From Chloroflexia bacterium (GTDB lineage Bacteria > Chloroflexota > Chloroflexia > QHBQ01 > JADMIH01): DNA of 64,000 bases. The notes below the pieces were generated by a model, which searched no databases, was not told the origin of the DNA, and was given only the letters and a program-made list of their open reading frames with translations. Each line of letters opens with the position of its first letter. Within the stretch, counting starts at the first letter, position 1. The stretch lies in contig DASVVE010000065.1 of assembly GCA_036386675.1 (NCBI GenBank), forward strand, positions 11,408 through 75,407, given 5' to 3'. Made by a program: the position numbers and the translations under genes. Positions 10,901 through 18,192 of this stretch are shown piece after piece.

Positions 10901-11069
10901 GCACGACGACGGAGACAGTGGGGATTTTGGATTTTGGATTTTGGATTTTGGATTGTTCGGAGAAAGAAGATACAGCGCGCTCAAGGAGAGGCTCGTTGCT
11001 CGTCGGCTGGACCGACGGAGATGTATCGACGGGTATGTGATCAGGAGAGTGGTTCAAGCTAGAGAGCAC
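7983..11069 (-). CDS. Fused GT2 (GT-A) and GT4-like (GT-B) bifunctional glycosyltransferase with an uncharacterised approximately 230-aa C-terminal domain. Start codon is uncertain.
   Basis: N-terminal SVVVLNYNG...LLLVDNGSADGS (GT2). Middle GT-B Rossmann domain with an E-x7-E-like region (RFVYGGIF...CGLPVIHAAFSEVAGVI). An N-terminal stretch is encoded by a GGATTTT heptamer array. Confidence 0.8.
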   Translation of the reverse strand: MLSSLNHSPDHIPVDTSPSVQPTSNEPLLERAVSSFSEQSKIQNPKSKIPTVSVVVLNYNGLRHLETCFTSLLSLDYPKDRLELLLVDNGSADGSLEFMRERFPTVRLVETGSNLGFAAGNNYGAERASGEYVAFLNNDTRVEPYWLTELVNSLLAGAAQGVVCTSSLMLDWAGKKIDFYSGSVNFHGFGFQPSYGLPVDAVHPEARELLFACGGSMLIRREVFLHAGGFDPDYFAFFEDVDLGWRLWLLGHRITLTPTAITYHRHHGTATDVGNHRWQVIYERNALYTIYKNYEQSNLDKILPAALLLLGQRVVRFMELGGVQLGDYDFTQARPTQSVEAGTDHVHRNGIATLLAADEFRATIEKMTPKREWLQANRKRTDEELFARFGQPGRVHLLNHETDAPYSAAHHAVLHEFGIEQLWDGQPKDVLLISPDVLPVGDIPASGSGIRAWALGKGLESRGHKVRFTMPKAAIQGRESQVPLEYVRGAWTPETLQSMVDTLAPEVIVSCGWPNLTWLPRANLPVALDLTGPHLLERIYQEHLDARANAEEKLVALERADFFTCISERQRYYFTAWLAQAGVHPDDIGNSLQVIPYSLDPEQPQHVWPQDWGGQEVRFVYGGIFLPWQNPAPALLAVASELQEQGRGRLEVIGGKHPFHAVHTGGFGPLVDQLATMPSVSMSGLLPHDALVERYTLAHVAVDVMQPNAERQLAFPSRTVHYLWCGLPVIHAAFSEVAGVIREHEAGWIVRHDDPDGLRAIVASILADPSEARRRGENAARLARERFTWDLTVDALDRFVRDPYIRSARMSRTARRDEHSTLRDPSRYVTAGGIAPHVDGLVPSQPQAARKLQTVHDRRRTVPAQVRARANEVLRSVKGAVSAPLAGQVQLPELVAGHSLGQRFYVAETGLSGVRVQVETFGRRNTSRLFLRLRDNPGASVDLFHIEIPTHNLTQGQLLALRFPPIPDSAGRAFYFVAESPDGVPGDAISLRGSARSGDLRAQRYDDGIPASGYLVMSLEYNGVTGER
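10922..10955 (+). repeat. Tandem heptanucleotide array (GGATTTT)x4 + GGATTG inside the 5' coding region of the fusion GT
   Basis: Read directly: ggattttggattttggattttggattttggattg. Translated as QSKIQNPKSKIP in the ORF. Confidence 0.9.
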
Positions 11070-11100
11070 CTTGCAAGCGAAATAGTCACGATGAAGCGAC

Positions 11101-11136
11101 CAAATCTAAAATCTAAAATCCAAAATCAGAAATACG
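11101..11136 (-). repeat. Tandem heptanucleotide array (GATTTTR)n in inverted orientation, in the 5' leader of the fusion GT gene
   Basis: caaatctaaaatctaaaatccaaaatcagaaatacg is the reverse complement of a GATTTTG/GATTTTA array. It forms an inverted pair with 10922-10955 across the start codon. Confidence 0.85.
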
Positions 11137-11140
11137 TCCT

Positions 11141-12463
11141 CTATTTTCCCAGCAGGCGGGAGACGCGGCGAGTCAGGCGAAGCACTCGGCCCTGCTCGAT
11201 CCCTTGTAGGAGCTTCTCAAGGTAGAGGATATGTTCGTCTTTGGTGCGTAGCTCATTGGTGAGGCGAGACTCCAGATTGGCGATGTGCTGGTCCTTGGAC
11301 GCTAGCTCCCGGTTCATCTCGTCCAACTGTTGCAGGTCGTGGTGGGCGCGGTCGAGTTGCAAGTCCAGCACGGCCAGGCGCTGCTCCATGCCCGCTATGT
11401 GGCGGTCGCGCGCCTCGAGTTGTTGGCGCAGCAGGCGGTCCTCGTGGTTGGCGGTCTTGAGGTCCAACAGCGTCATGAGCACCTGCGTGAGTTGCAGGCG
11501 CATGGTGTTAGCAGTGTCGCTGCTCGTTAACGGCGGGTACGCTGCCTGTATCCGCTCAAGCGCCGGTTCGAGGCCAGGTCGCACCGCCACTACCACCCCC
11601 CGATAAGCGGGCGCGGTCCGGTCCGAGTCGGAGAACGTCAGGTTGTAGAAGCGGTCGAGGGTACGCTCGAAGCCACTAGCTTTCTCGTCGCGTAGCGAAA
11701 TAAGGTAGTGTTTAGCTATCATCATCAACAGCCAGTTGTAGACGTTGGCTGCCGGGAAGGAATGAGTACGCCAGCCGTTGCGCTCGAACGCGTCACCCGT
11801 CGAGGAGAAATCAGGCAGGCCGAAATCGCGGTGCTCCCTCAGCTGCTCCTGCTGGGCATCCAATATCCAACGTATATATTCGTCCAGGGTCTCCTCGGCC
11901 ACGTCCGCTTCCACCGACTGCACGGGGTTAATCAACACGCAGGCGTGGCGGGCCACCCGCATCATCTCGGTGAGAAAGCGGTCGCGCTCTGTGTTGGGGA
12001 TATGTTCCAGGGTGTCGAGCGCCGTGACGATATCGAAGGAGCGGTCTGGGTAAGGCAGGTCCATGCCCGAACCCTGCGTGTAGTTGGGGATCGAGCCGTC
12101 GTCCGAGACCACGTCGAGCACGTGCACGTCAAAGTAGACTGGGCTGACGAAATGGTGCAGCACGCCAGGATAGCCGCCCACGTCGAGTATTTGGGATTTC
12201 GGATTTCGGATTTCGGATTGGTTGGGAGCCTGGGAAATACCGGAGATGGAGTCGGGTGACGTGCGGCTGCCGAAGCTCACGTCGGCCATGCTCTCAAGCA
12301 GGATAGTGAGCACGTTCTCGGCGATGCGCATGCGGCCATACTGGTCGAAGGGTAGGGAAAGTAAGTCGCCCTCGCGGGGGGCAAGGCTAGCCTCGAAATC
12401 CTGTCTCTGCAAGGCTGGGACTGCTCCAATCTGGGGTCTGCGTTCTGCGGGGTAGTATAACAC
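11141..12463 (-). CDS. Class I SAM-dependent methyltransferase with a C-terminal coiled-coil region
   Basis: Motif I ILDVGGYPG, followed by acidic post-I and motif II features. C-terminal heptad-like repeats (LESRLTNELRTKDEHILYLEKLL ...). Lies in the glycosyltransferase operon. Confidence 0.75.
   Translation of the reverse strand: MLYYPAERRPQIGAVPALQRQDFEASLAPREGDLLSLPFDQYGRMRIAENVLTILLESMADVSFGSRTSPDSISGISQAPNQSEIRNPKSQILDVGGYPGVLHHFVSPVYFDVHVLDVVSDDGSIPNYTQGSGMDLPYPDRSFDIVTALDTLEHIPNTERDRFLTEMMRVARHACVLINPVQSVEADVAEETLDEYIRWILDAQQEQLREHRDFGLPDFSSTGDAFERNGWRTHSFPAANVYNWLLMMIAKHYLISLRDEKASGFERTLDRFYNLTFSDSDRTAPAYRGVVVAVRPGLEPALERIQAAYPPLTSSDTANTMRLQLTQVLMTLLDLKTANHEDRLLRQQLEARDRHIAGMEQRLAVLDLQLDRAHHDLQQLDEMNRELASKDQHIANLESRLTNELRTKDEHILYLEKLLQGIEQGRVLRLTRRVSRLLGK
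12194..12222 (+). repeat. Tandem heptanucleotide array (GGATTTC)x3 + GGATTGG inside the methyltransferase coding region
   Basis: gggatttcggatttcggatttcggattgg. Translated as QSEIRNPKSQI, the same frame and peptide pattern as in the GT gene. Confidence 0.9.
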
Positions 12464-12503
12464 GTGAAACGTGAAACGTGAAACGTGAAACGTGAAACGT
12501 GAT
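12462..12503 (+). repeat. Tandem heptanucleotide array (ACGTGAA)x6 in the divergent promoter region between the methyltransferase and the EEP gene
   Basis: acgtgaaacgtgaaacgtgaaacgtgaaacgtgaaacgtgatgg. Starts 1 nt after the methyltransferase start codon position. Confidence 0.9.
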
Positions 12504-12545
12504 GGGGTTTGGCAACGTTAAGGGTGTAAGACTGTTTGGAGGTGG

Positions 12546-13550
12546 TTGGTGCTGAGGAAATTGAGGCCGGGGTTGCTGGTCATGTCGACAGGCTATCCCG
12601 TGGCGCTGTTGCTACTGATGGGGATGCACGCCTTGATGCCTCAGCGTGGGGGCGTGCTTGCGCTCACCCAGATATTCGCACCCTATCTCTTCCTGCCGTT
12701 GCTCGCCTTGCTGACACTCGCGTTCCTGAGGGGAGCAGTGCCCCTGCGGGTCGCGCTGCTGCTTTGCATGGTGGTATTTGGTCTGCGCTTCATGCCCCGG
12801 TTGGCGTCGCCAGTTGTTGAGCCTACGCCAGGTGCGATGCAGATTACGGCACTCAGTTGGAACGTGGAAGTTGGGGGCGACCCGGCCTCAATCAGGGAGA
12901 TGCTGTTGGCAAAACAGCCTGACATCGCCGCGTTCCAGGAAATCGACTGGCTACCACTGCAACGTGACCCGGAGTTGTTGAGCCTCTACCCTCATTTCTT
13001 TGTGCAGCCGCCCTACGATGCTACATCCGGCATGGTGCTCCTGAGCAAGTTCCCCATGCTGGAGGCGCGTGTTCCTGAGCTTGATCCTTCGCTTTGGGCG
13101 CGCCCCAGGATGGTAGAGGCGAAGCTGAATGTTGGTGGGCAGACCCTCAATATCTTTTCTGTCCATCCTTCTCCCCCTGGCGGAGGGTGCCGTTATTTCC
13201 TCTGCTACGATTCTGCCCTGCGGGATGCCAGACTCTCGGCCATACGTGCCCACATTGAACCTGCCGTGCTGAAGGGGGAGGCAGTGCTTCTGGTGGGTGA
13301 CTTCAACACCACTGAGCGGGAACCTGGCTACTGGGACGTGTCGCGAGGCTTGCAGGATAGCTACAGGGCGGTAGGGGCAGGCATCAGCAACACATGGGGT
13401 CCGCCCTGGATAAGGGACCGCGGCTTTGCTCTCTTGCGCATCGACTACATATTTTCCGGGCCGAAGCTTCGCCCGCTACAGTTCGAGGTCGACTGCAAGT
13501 CGAAGAGTAGCGACCATTGTGCGCTCATGGGCAAGTTTGAGCTGCATTAG
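12546..13550 (+). CDS. Membrane-anchored endonuclease/exonuclease/phosphatase (EEP) family protein
   Basis: Three N-terminal TM helices, then EEP signatures (SWNVE, QEIDW, HPSPP, GDFNTTE, SDHCAL). TTG start per the ORF track; alternative ATG at 12582. Confidence 0.7.
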   Translation: MVLRKLRPGLLVMSTGYPVALLLLMGMHALMPQRGGVLALTQIFAPYLFLPLLALLTLAFLRGAVPLRVALLLCMVVFGLRFMPRLASPVVEPTPGAMQITALSWNVEVGGDPASIREMLLAKQPDIAAFQEIDWLPLQRDPELLSLYPHFFVQPPYDATSGMVLLSKFPMLEARVPELDPSLWARPRMVEAKLNVGGQTLNIFSVHPSPPGGGCRYFLCYDSALRDARLSAIRAHIEPAVLKGEAVLLVGDFNTTEREPGYWDVSRGLQDSYRAVGAGISNTWGPPWIRDRGFALLRIDYIFSGPKLRPLQFEVDCKSKSSDHCALMGKFELH

Positions 13551-13640
13551 AAAGAGGCTTGCACCGCAGCCGCACAAAAGGGGCACGATTGTGCGTGCCC
13601 CTTTTAACATTGCCACTTCTGACCAGCCTACCGCCAACCG

Positions 13641-14735
13641 TTATCGCTTGCTGAAGAAAGCCACCGGCGCGCCACGCTTGGCTTCCTGCTGGCGGTAGGC
13701 TACCACGCTCACCTGGGCGGCGAGGTTGCGGGCTACCTGCATAAAGGCCTCGGCTTCCGGGGTGCCGGGCGAGTCCACCACGACGGGGCGGCCTTCATCG
13801 CCACCTTCCCGGATGCGCAGGTGGAGCGGGATTTCGCCGAGGAAGGGGACGCTGTAGCGGGCTGCCGCCGCCTGCGCGCCACCGTGTCCGAACAGGTCCG
13901 TGGGGTTCTGGCAGTGGGGGCAGACGAAGGTGCTCATGTTCTCCACGATGCCGAGCACCGGCACGTTGAGCTTCTTGAACATCATCAGCGCCTTGCCCGC
14001 GTCGAGCAGCGCCACGTCCTGCGGTGTGGAGACCATCACCGAGCCTGTAAGCGGCACCGACTGCGCGGTGGTGAGTTGCACGTCGCCCGTGCCCGGCGGC
14101 ATGTCCATCACAAGGTAATCCAGCTCGCCCCACTCAACGTCGTACATGAACTGGGTGAGCAGCTTGGTGAGCATCGGGCCGCGCCAGATGACCGGGCTAT
14201 CGGCGTCGATGAAGAAGCCCATCGACATGATCTTGATGCCGTAGGCTTCCACCGGGGCGATCTTCTCGCCAACCTGCTGCGGCTTGGCCGAGGTGCCCAT
14301 CATCAGGGGCACGTTGGGGCCATAAACGTCGGCGTCAAGCAGCCCGATTCTCGCGCCGTCACGAGCCAGGGCCAGCGCCAGGTTGACTGCCACGGTGCTC
14401 TTGCCCACGCCGCCCTTGCCGGAGCCTACCGCCACGATGTTGCGCACGCCGGGTATACCCTGCCGCTCGGTCATGATGCCCTGCCGCACGCGGGAGGTCA
14501 TGTTCGCGCTCACGTCGCGCACGCCCGGTATGGCGGACACCACGGACTCCGACTGCTGCTTCAGTTGCTCCTTGACCGGGCACGCCGGGGTGGTGAGCAC
14601 GACGTTGAAGGACACGTTATTGCGGTCGTCTATGTTAAGTTCTTCTATGAAGCCGAGCGATACGATGTCGCGCCCCAGGTCCGGGTCTTTGACGACGCTC
14701 AGCGCCTGTAACACCTGCTCTTTTGTGATTGGCAT
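13641..14735 (-). CDS. apbC: Mrp/ApbC/NBP35 Fe-S cluster carrier ATPase
   Basis: N-terminal DUF59-like domain, deviant Walker A GKGGVGKST, and a CPHC motif. Start likely at the second ATG (MPITKEQ), which is preceded by GAAAGG. Confidence 0.9.
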   Translation of the reverse strand: MPITKEQVLQALSVVKDPDLGRDIVSLGFIEELNIDDRNNVSFNVVLTTPACPVKEQLKQQSESVVSAIPGVRDVSANMTSRVRQGIMTERQGIPGVRNIVAVGSGKGGVGKSTVAVNLALALARDGARIGLLDADVYGPNVPLMMGTSAKPQQVGEKIAPVEAYGIKIMSMGFFIDADSPVIWRGPMLTKLLTQFMYDVEWGELDYLVMDMPPGTGDVQLTTAQSVPLTGSVMVSTPQDVALLDAGKALMMFKKLNVPVLGIVENMSTFVCPHCQNPTDLFGHGGAQAAAARYSVPFLGEIPLHLRIREGGDEGRPVVVDSPGTPEAEAFMQVARNLAAQVSVVAYRQQEAKRGAPVAFFSKR

Positions 14736-14749
14736 GGGTGCCATCCTTT

Positions 14750-14784
14750 CGATTTTGGATTTTAGATTTCGGATTTTGGATTGC
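14750..14784 (+). repeat. Tandem heptanucleotide array (GATTTTG/GATTTTA/GATTTCG)n in the 5' leader directly upstream of the mrp/apbC RBS
   Basis: cgattttggattttagatttcggattttggattgc. Ends with GGATTG like the other arrays. Confidence 0.9.
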
Positions 14785-15027
14785 TTAGTTTGTGATGTTA
14801 TTGTGCAGAATTGCGCAAAGTGTGCGCTACCGTTATGGTACTTGCTTTTCTAATCTATGTCAATGAATCCAGCTTGCTTTGCACCAGGACAAAGGCCGGG
14901 CCAGATTGCCTTTGGAGGTACCTGATTGGTACCTTGTTTAGTGCCCTTGGGATTGCCATTGAACAGTGGTGTATCTGTTGTACCCAAGAATTGACACGCC
15001 GCCGCGCGTGCTCTATAAACGAGCCAT

Positions 15028-17520
15028 ATGACTTCGGATGTATCTACCAGGACCGTGCTCCACGGAGCGGCGTCTCACTCGCGCACTCGGCGGATGCTTA
15101 TGCTGATTGGCCCCCCTGCCCTCTTCATGCTGCTCAGCGCATTGTTCCTGTGGCGGCCCATAGTCACGGGGCAGGTCTATTTGCCCACCGACCTGAGCTA
15201 CAAGTACGACTACATGTGGATAGGTCACGAGCCGCCCGCGGGCACGAAGATAGACCAGAACCACACCGTATCCGACGTGTCCGACTATTTCTATCCCTCC
15301 GTTACCTACGCTATCGAGCGCCTGCGCGCCGGGAACTTTCCCCTGTGGAACCCCTACATCCTGACCGGAACCCCCTTCTTTGCCTCAGGCCAGCAGGCAG
15401 TGTTGGACCCTGTAAACCTTATGGCTTTCCTGGCGGGGCCGCACGACTACTGGACCTGGGCGGCCTGGCTGAGGCTGGCGCTGCTGGGCTTTACCACCTA
15501 CGGGTTCATGCGCGCGCTCGGCAGGAACGCGGCGGCTGGAATAGCGTCGGGTGTGGTTTTCATGGTGTGCGGGTTTGCCGTCGTATGGCTCAATTACGCC
15601 ATTACCTGGTCCCTTGCCTGGATGCCCGCGCTTTTCTGGGCGAGCACGCGGCTCTTGCAGACCGGGCGGCTGCCGTGGATAGGGCTTACCGGAGTGGCAA
15701 TGGGCGCGTTACTGCTCAGTGGGCACCCGGAAACGCAGTTCCTGTGCGGGCTGTTGTGGGCGGCCTACATGGTGTATGCCCTGTTCGTTTTCAGGGCGAG
15801 TACGAGACAGCGGTTTGCCGGGTCTGGACAGGTCGCTGCCGCTGTGGCCCTGGGCCTGGGCATGGGCGCGGTGCAGTTCGTACCCACGCTCGACTTCATG
15901 GTCTCGAGCGGCGCATTCGGCGCGCGTTCCACCGACGTCCAGCCCTTCAACCTTGGAGAGACGGCGTTGCGCTTCATCAGCCAGCTATTCCCCAATTGGA
16001 CGGGCACCCCGCTGGCCGACACTTATTGGGTGCGTCCCGAACTCACCAATTTCAACGAGCAGACCGGTTATATAGGCATCCTCGCCCTCGGGTTGGGTGC
16101 GCTGGGTGCCGCGTCGATGTGGAAGCGCGACCGGCTGGTGCCTTTCTTCGGCATGTGTTCGGTGCTCGCGCTCCTGGTAGCAATACGCGCGCCCGGTTTC
16201 CACCTTGTGAAGGCGTTGCCCGTATTGAGCGCAGGGCATGGGGTGCGCTGGCTGGTAGTCGTGTCGTTCTTCGGGGCGGTGCTGGCCGGGTACGGCGTCG
16301 AGGCGCTGATGAAGCAGTCTTCCGGCTCGCGCAGGTTGAGGGATAGCGGGCTATGGCTGGCGAGTGGCGCGCTTGCGGCGTTCGGTCTCATGCTGGCGAT
16401 CTACCTGGGCATACGTGACCTTAGCTGGGACCGCGCCTGGAACCCGATGCTCAGCCACGTAGACATGGCGCGACTCCTCTATCCCGCGCAACTGGCTAAT
16501 AACTGGCCGGTGGTCTTCCTGGGGCTGGGGGCGCTCGTAGTGCTCGCCCGCTGGAGGGGCTTGATACCGGCGGCTGCCTTGCCCACGCTCATCGTGGCCC
16601 TGCTGTACGCCGACCTCTGGACGTTCGGCCATGGCTACAACCCCACAACGCCACGCGAGGCCATCATGCCGCCCACACAGGTGACAAGTTACCTGTCCGA
16701 ACACGCGGGCCACGACCGCATGGCGGGCACCATCAACCTGCTGCGCCCTAATGTTGCCATGCTGTTCGGCTTGCGCGATCTGCGCGGGTACGAGCCTATC
16801 GTAGACGATGCCTTCGCGCACCTGTATGAGGATTTCTACCACCAGTTGAGCACTCCCGTGTTCGACGTGCAACGCAAGCAAGACCTGGAGCTTACCGCGA
16901 TGGAGCAGCGCCAGTTGAACATTGCCGGGGTGCGCTACGTCGCCACCGTCCGCAAGCCCAGGGTGGACGGCAGCGCCAGGCCCTACACGTTCATCCTACA
17001 GGAGCAACGCGCCGCGCTTTATGAGAACCTCGAAGCGTTCCCCCGCGCCTATGTCGTATTCGGCTCCCGCGTCGTTCCTGACACGGACGAAGCCACTGCG
17101 GTCCTGCGATCGCCGGAACTGGACCCAGGTCGCACTATCGTGCTGGCTTCCGGCCAGGAAGTAGCCCCTCCACCCGGCTTGGACAGGACCACCGCTCTCG
17201 TAACGTGGCTGGCGGATGAACCTGAACGAGTCGAGTTAGAGGTCACCCTGCCGCAAGCAGGTTGGCTCGTCTTAAGCGACAATTTCGCGAGCGGTTGGGA
17301 GGCTATGCTGGACGACAACCCGGCACCACTCCTGCGGGGAAACGTGGCCTTTCGCGCGGTGGCCGTACCGGCAGGGACGCACAACATCAGCTTCCACTAC
17401 CGGCCCGCCCTCTTCTTCGTCGCCGCGACTATAAGTACCCTGTCTGCCGCACTCGCACTCAGCCTGGGCCTAATACACCTCATACGGCGGTCTCGTCGCT
17501 CTAGCCCCACTAACCACTAA
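15028..17520 (+). CDS. Large polytopic membrane protein, YfhO-like / GT-C-type (putative glycosylation or glycan export function)
   Basis: At least 12 predicted TM helices over the first approximately 480 aa, a approximately 300-aa soluble domain, and a terminal TM helix; this architecture is typical of YfhO-family proteins. The overlapping 511-aa +2 frame ORF has aberrant composition and is rejected. Confidence 0.5.
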   Translation: MTSDVSTRTVLHGAASHSRTRRMLMLIGPPALFMLLSALFLWRPIVTGQVYLPTDLSYKYDYMWIGHEPPAGTKIDQNHTVSDVSDYFYPSVTYAIERLRAGNFPLWNPYILTGTPFFASGQQAVLDPVNLMAFLAGPHDYWTWAAWLRLALLGFTTYGFMRALGRNAAAGIASGVVFMVCGFAVVWLNYAITWSLAWMPALFWASTRLLQTGRLPWIGLTGVAMGALLLSGHPETQFLCGLLWAAYMVYALFVFRASTRQRFAGSGQVAAAVALGLGMGAVQFVPTLDFMVSSGAFGARSTDVQPFNLGETALRFISQLFPNWTGTPLADTYWVRPELTNFNEQTGYIGILALGLGALGAASMWKRDRLVPFFGMCSVLALLVAIRAPGFHLVKALPVLSAGHGVRWLVVVSFFGAVLAGYGVEALMKQSSGSRRLRDSGLWLASGALAAFGLMLAIYLGIRDLSWDRAWNPMLSHVDMARLLYPAQLANNWPVVFLGLGALVVLARWRGLIPAAALPTLIVALLYADLWTFGHGYNPTTPREAIMPPTQVTSYLSEHAGHDRMAGTINLLRPNVAMLFGLRDLRGYEPIVDDAFAHLYEDFYHQLSTPVFDVQRKQDLELTAMEQRQLNIAGVRYVATVRKPRVDGSARPYTFILQEQRAALYENLEAFPRAYVVFGSRVVPDTDEATAVLRSPELDPGRTIVLASGQEVAPPPGLDRTTALVTWLADEPERVELEVTLPQAGWLVLSDNFASGWEAMLDDNPAPLLRGNVAFRAVAVPAGTHNISFHYRPALFFVAATISTLSAALALSLGLIHLIRRSRRSSPTNH

Positions 17521-17540
17521 CCACTAACCACTAACCACTG
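17508..17540 (+). repeat. Tandem heptanucleotide array (CTAACCA)x4.5 overlapping the stop of the YfhO-like gene, upstream of folE
   Basis: cactaaccactaaccactaaccactaaccactgag. A single inverted copy (tggttag) lies 30 bp downstream, next to a TATACT -10-like hexamer. Confidence 0.9.
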
Positions 17541-17606
17541 AGCACGGGCACTCGTTATGCTATACTCGTGGTTAGCCCCACTCACACGCCCTACAGGGAG
17601 GACCGA

Positions 17607-18167
17607 TTGGACCGCGACAAGATACAGGCTGCCGTGCGCATGATACTGGAGGCGGTCGGGGAGGACCCCGAACGCGAGGGCCTGCTTGAAACCCCCCGCC
17701 GAGTTGCCGATCTTTACGAGGAGGTGTTCGCCGGCCTCACGATAGAGCCGAGCGAGTACCTGGCCGTGGGCTTCGAGGAGTCGCACAAGGAGATGGTTGT
17801 CCTCAAAGACATCCCGTTCCAGTCCCTGTGCGAGCACCATCTACTTCCCTTCGTGGGCCGGGCGCACGTCGGCTACATCCCTGCTGGGCGCATAGTAGGC
17901 CTATCAAAGCTGGCGAGGGTGGTAGAGGGGTTCGCCCGCCGCCCGCAGTTGCAGGAGCGGCTGACCAGCCAGATAGCCGACACGATTGTGGACGCGATCA
18001 ACCCTGTAGGCGTGGGCGTGGTAATCGAGGCGCAGCACTACTGTATGATAATGCGGGGCGTGAAGAAGCCGGGCAGCACGATGATTACCTCGGCCATGCG
18101 CGGCCTCTTCCGCAACAACCCCCCCACCAGGGCTGAGTTCCTGGAATTCATCCGTAGCGCCAAATAG
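17607..18167 (+). CDS. folE: GTP cyclohydrolase I
   Basis: Strong match to the FolE core ([53 protein letters not shown]). TTG at 17607 is preceded by GGGAGG at a 5-nt spacing; the ORF track offers a GTG at 17568. Confidence 0.9.
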   Translation: MDRDKIQAAVRMILEAVGEDPEREGLLETPRRVADLYEEVFAGLTIEPSEYLAVGFEESHKEMVVLKDIPFQSLCEHHLLPFVGRAHVGYIPAGRIVGLSKLARVVEGFARRPQLQERLTSQIADTIVDAINPVGVGVVIEAQHYCMIMRGVKKPGSTMITSAMRGLFRNNPPTRAEFLEFIRSAK

Positions 18168-18192
18168 CCCTCCGAAGATAAGACAGTCCCCT

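Noticed and set aside
10922-12503. Heptamer arrays considered as a possible CRISPR array
   Set aside because: Units are 7 nt with no intervening unique spacers and no cas genes, so these are simple tandem repeats.
14811-16346. 511-aa ORF on the + strand overlapping the YfhO-like gene in another frame
   Set aside because: Arg/Cys/Ala-rich, low-complexity translation typical of an off-frame read through a high-GC gene. The in-frame 830-aa polytopic membrane protein explains the region.
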